Shown: one piece after another, positions 34,990-37,623 of the stretch
Layout of the letters: each line of letters starts with the position of its first letter
Numbering within the stretch: the stretch's first letter is position 1
Source of the DNA: a virus
Taxonomy: Duplodnaviria > Caudoviricetes
Length of the DNA: 37,623 bases
Strand: one strand, 5' to 3'
IMG/VR virus record: IMGVR_UViG_3300030095_006136
Coordinates: 1-37,623 of that record
Position numbers and translations under genes: made by a program
Notes under the pieces: model-generated
Databases searched by the model: none
Told to the model about the DNA's origin: nothing
Seen by the model: the letters and a program-made list of their open reading frames with translations, nothing else

Positions 34990-35378
34990 TGGGACTATTT
35001 GATTTTATAACAAATATATTTAAACCAGCTTCAGATATTATTGATGAATTACATACTTCCGATGAAGAAAAGGGAAAGTTAAAAAACGAGTTAGCAAAAA
35101 TACAATCACAAGCTCAGGGAAGGATTTTAGATTATGAGACCAAATTAGCTGATGTCAGAGCAAAGTTGCAAATGGCAGAAGTTGCTTCCCCACACAAAAT
35201 CGTAGCCTTATGGCGTCCCTTATGTTCAGTAGCACTCGTTACTATAATTATCTTAGCTTCTTTTGGTTTATGTCACCCTGGTCCTGAGCTTTATAAATTG
35301 GCTGAGATCTTCTTAGGTGCCTATGCCGGAGGACGTACCATAGAGAAGATTGTAAGTGCAAGTAAGCTAGGCAAGTAA
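34989..35378 (+). CDS. holin, GTA 3TM-like family
   Basis: IIDELHTSDEEK, WRPL, LGAYAGGRTIEK motifs. Confidence 0.75.
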   Translation: MGLFDFITNIFKPASDIIDELHTSDEEKGKLKNELAKIQSQAQGRILDYETKLADVRAKLQMAEVASPHKIVALWRPLCSVALVTIIILASFGLCHPGPELYKLAEIFLGAYAGGRTIEKIVSASKLGK

Positions 35379-35391
35379 GAAACCACATGCA

Positions 35392-35574
35392 TTAATGGAA
35401 TAAGCTCCACCCTGGTATAATATCTATTCCGAGCCTAGATTTTATAAAGTAAAGCAATTTAATAAAATACCAAGCCAGTACTGAGAAGAGCATAAATTTC
35501 CATATTACTTTAAACATCACAATAAAGGCATAAGTATCTCTACTTACTCTTTTATCTAAACTATCTTTACTCAT
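35392..35574 (-). CDS. small membrane protein
   Basis: Likely start MSKDSL at 35574 after GGAG; hydrophobic core; LGIDIIPG. Confidence 0.55.
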   Translation of the reverse strand: MSKDSLDKRVSRDTYAFIVMFKVIWKFMLFSVLAWYFIKLLYFIKSRLGIDIIPGWSLFH

Positions 35575-35863
35575 CTGGATTCTCCATTTTATTATGACAA
35601 TATAAAAACATGGTATTTGCCATAACATGTGAAAGATGGTGTAACCCCGACTCAGGGTCGATTATCTCTCCCTTTCTATATGCTTGAAAATGACGGAATA
35701 AAGCAGCTTCATATTTATATGGTTCAACCTGCTTCCAGTTATCTCTATTATATTTAATAGCACCCATGGTGAGAACTTGGGCTAGTTCCTCTAAACAAGC
35801 TGGATCAATGAGATCATACATAGCTTTACCTGTATCAAACTTCATTCCTTTTTTTTCTGTCAT
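35567..35863 (-). CDS. dATP/dGTP diphosphohydrolase N-terminal-domain protein (DUF5664 family)
   Basis: GMKFDTGK..YDLI, VLTMGAIKY..DNW, AALFRH, DPESGLHHLSH. Confidence 0.85.
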   Translation of the reverse strand: MTEKKGMKFDTGKAMYDLIDPACLEELAQVLTMGAIKYNRDNWKQVEPYKYEAALFRHFQAYRKGEIIDPESGLHHLSHVMANTMFLYCHNKMENPDE

Positions 35864-35937
35864 TAAGCTCCCTAAATATGGATCTGGACGGCGGTATTAA
35901 GTCCTTAGACACCGCCCATAAACTAACCCATAACCAA

Positions 35938-36549
35938 TTATAACATACTACTTTTTTTAAGTCTACCCCATCTTTCATACCAAGACAAAGTAAATAAATC
36001 TTCTAAATAGACAGCTCTTTTAGAAAATTCTAACCATTTAACACGAGGCATTTTTATAAGATCTTTTTTAAATAAAGTTTCTATTTTAATACATCCATAT
36101 ATAGTTACTTCTTTGGCATCAATATCAACAAGGCAAGGAATAAGAAAATCCCTATTAGTACGATTTCTAAAGAGTTTGTCAGTATGTCCTTTACCATTTC
36201 CTCCATACTGAAGAATATATGACGCACCATATTGCTCTTCGGATTCTTTAGACTGAGATTTGCAATGGAATCTATACCCATCATTATCTTGTAAATCAGC
36301 ATCATAACTTTTATCCTTAGTTTTATAGATTTCAAAATCAGGACTTTTTAGTTTTAACCCTAATCTCTTTAACATTTTATATATCCCTATCTCTCCTAAT
36401 GCTCCTATAGTAATATCATATTTAATTTTTTCTTGATTAGACTGACCTCTTTTATTGTAATGGGAAAAAGAATCTTCTATTCTAGCTTCTGCAAATTTCT
36501 TTGCTATCTCCAGATCTCTGTTCTTTAGTTCTATTGTCACGCTCTTCAT
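35938..36549 (-). CDS. putative restriction-endonuclease-fold (PD-(D/E)XK) nuclease
   Basis: GALGE...YDADL...FHCKSQ spacing. Confidence 0.45.
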   Translation of the reverse strand: MKSVTIELKNRDLEIAKKFAEARIEDSFSHYNKRGQSNQEKIKYDITIGALGEIGIYKMLKRLGLKLKSPDFEIYKTKDKSYDADLQDNDGYRFHCKSQSKESEEQYGASYILQYGGNGKGHTDKLFRNRTNRDFLIPCLVDIDAKEVTIYGCIKIETLFKKDLIKMPRVKWLEFSKRAVYLEDLFTLSWYERWGRLKKSSML

Positions 36550-36733
36550 TAAGCCTCTCCTCTAATCTCTTTTTCATTATATTGTATCTAATCTTCCAAT
36601 AGTCTATTTGAGATTTATATACATCTATTGTCTTTTCAGCTTTTTTAAATTTCATATATATTCTATTCTTATCATTAATTAACTGATCGATTAACTTATC
36701 TCTACTGCTAGAGATTTTTTTTATTTTAGACAT
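36482..36733 (-). CDS. coiled-coil hypothetical protein
   Basis: Likely start MSKIKK at 36733. Confidence 0.55.
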   Translation of the reverse strand: MSKIKKISSSRDKLIDQLINDKNRIYMKFKKAEKTIDVYKSQIDYWKIRYNIMKKRLEERLNEERDNRTKEQRSGDSKEICRS

Positions 36734-36737
36734 GACT

Positions 36738-37052
36738 TTACCCTTTATATTTAGGACACCATGCATAGTGATTAGAATAACCTAACTTATCAGAACCACA
36801 TTCACACACTCTAGAAGTATACTCATTATTAACTATATTCATTAACTCTTCTAAATTAGTATGTAATTCTGTTAAATATTCTTCAGGAATTGTAAGCTCA
36901 TCTGCATTTGCATTAATAATTATAACAACATACATATTACAGGGGTGGGGATCTGGTAATTTAAACCTATCAGTTACATAAGCTATATCTCCTTTATGGA
37001 GACCATCTCTACTTATCTTAACATAATCATAGGGTTCAAATGCGAAGCTCAT
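36738..37052 (-). CDS. KOW/SH3-like protein with C-terminal zinc-binding motif
   Basis: DYVKI..GLHKGDIAYV; CECG...H..WC. Confidence 0.5.
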   Translation of the reverse strand: MSFAFEPYDYVKISRDGLHKGDIAYVTDRFKLPDPHPCNMYVVIIINANADELTIPEEYLTELHTNLEELMNIVNNEYTSRVCECGSDKLGYSNHYAWCPKYKG

Positions 37053-37623
37053 TTACAATACCTTTCTGACACTGTGGTATCTACTCGAATAGCGACATCA
37101 GGGACGACTACTTGCATAGATTGTACCATAATTTGCTCTTGAAGTACACGCATTTCTGCTACTTTATCTATAGGCACTTCTGTAATAATCTCATCATGTA
37201 CAAAGCCTACCAGTTTAAATCCTTGTGTCATAAGGTTATATAAGGCTATTTTAGCACCGTCTGCGGCTAATCCTTGAAAGGGCGTATTCTTCTCCGCACA
37301 GAAGGTAGTGTCGGCTCTGAGACGTCCTGTACGAGTCCATACAAGCCCTTCCTCACCAGCTAGGTATTCTTTCATTTCTGGGAAGGCTTTAAACCAAGTA
37401 GCTTTCATTTCAGTAGCTTCTTTAGGAGATATCTCTAATCCATACCCTCTTGAAAATTCAATAAAGGTTTGAATACCTAAGCCTCCTGGAAAGCCAAAGT
37501 TTGCAGCCTTAGCTGCCTGTCTTTGCCATTTCTGTACTTCTTCCTCAGGAATAGAGAATAAGACAGAAGCATAATACTTATGTAAATCTGCTCCTTCATT
37601 AATCTTATCTTTCATAACAGATT
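37049..37623 (-). CDS. polA: DNA polymerase family A, C-terminal part (continuation of 1222..1)
   Basis: DLH, RQAAKAANFG (motif B), TGRLR, NTPFQGLAADGAK, FVHDE (motif C). Confidence 0.95.
   Translation of the reverse strand, partial: SVMKDKINEGADLHKYYASVLFSIPEEEVQKWQRQAAKAANFGFPGGLGIQTFIEFSRGYGLEISPKEATEMKATWFKAFPEMKEYLAGEEGLVWTRTGRLRADTTFCAEKNTPFQGLAADGAKIALYNLMTQGFKLVGFVHDEIITEVPIDKVAEMRVLQEQIMVQSMQVVVPDVAIRVDTTVSERYCK
37525..37623. repeat. 99-bp terminal direct repeat (right copy)
   Basis: Identical to 1-99. Confidence 0.97.

Noticed and set aside
35567-35863. Z-genome (2-aminoadenine) or deazaguanine modification system
   Set aside because: No PurZ, Que/Dpd or other base-synthesis gene is recognisable; DUF5664 and MazG alone are common in ordinary phages
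35880-35935. tRNA gene
   Set aside because: Only one hairpin; no cloverleaf, T-loop GTTC or CCA arrangement
37049-37615. Truncated or split polA (188-aa ORF)
   Set aside because: The frame continues through the overlap to ATG 1222, giving an intact protein of about 565 aa

Overview
This window looks like a complete, circularly permuted dsDNA tailed-phage genome of about 37,524 bp. Bases 1-99 are identical to 37525-37623, most likely an assembly overlap, and that junction cuts through the family-A DNA polymerase gene. The genome is AT-rich and has two arms diverging from a non-coding control region at about 11.5-12.1 kb. The leftward arm (minus strand) carries early and replication genes: many small ORFs, a PhaR-like regulator, MazG, a primase-polymerase/helicase, a c-type cytochrome, a RecE-like exonuclease, an SSB, PolA and a dATP/dGTP diphosphohydrolase. 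The rightward arm (plus strand) is a podovirus-type morphogenesis module: TerS, a secreted ClpP-like protease, TerL, portal, scaffold, major capsid, decoration/adhesin proteins, tail adaptor and nozzle, ejection proteins and holins. I saw no integrase, RNA polymerase, tRNA or CRISPR array. The most notable observations are: (i) a small virion-protein fold apparently split into two genes around a cadherin-LamG adhesin cassette; (ii) a small late protein that copies the scaffold C-terminal motif; (iii) a set of envelope-targeted proteins (cytochrome c, signal-peptide ClpP, M15 peptidase, beta-barrel); (iv) a sigma54 promoter, a promoter-to-terminator small RNA and a helically phased iteron array. 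All protein calls come from motif recognition by eye, with no database search.
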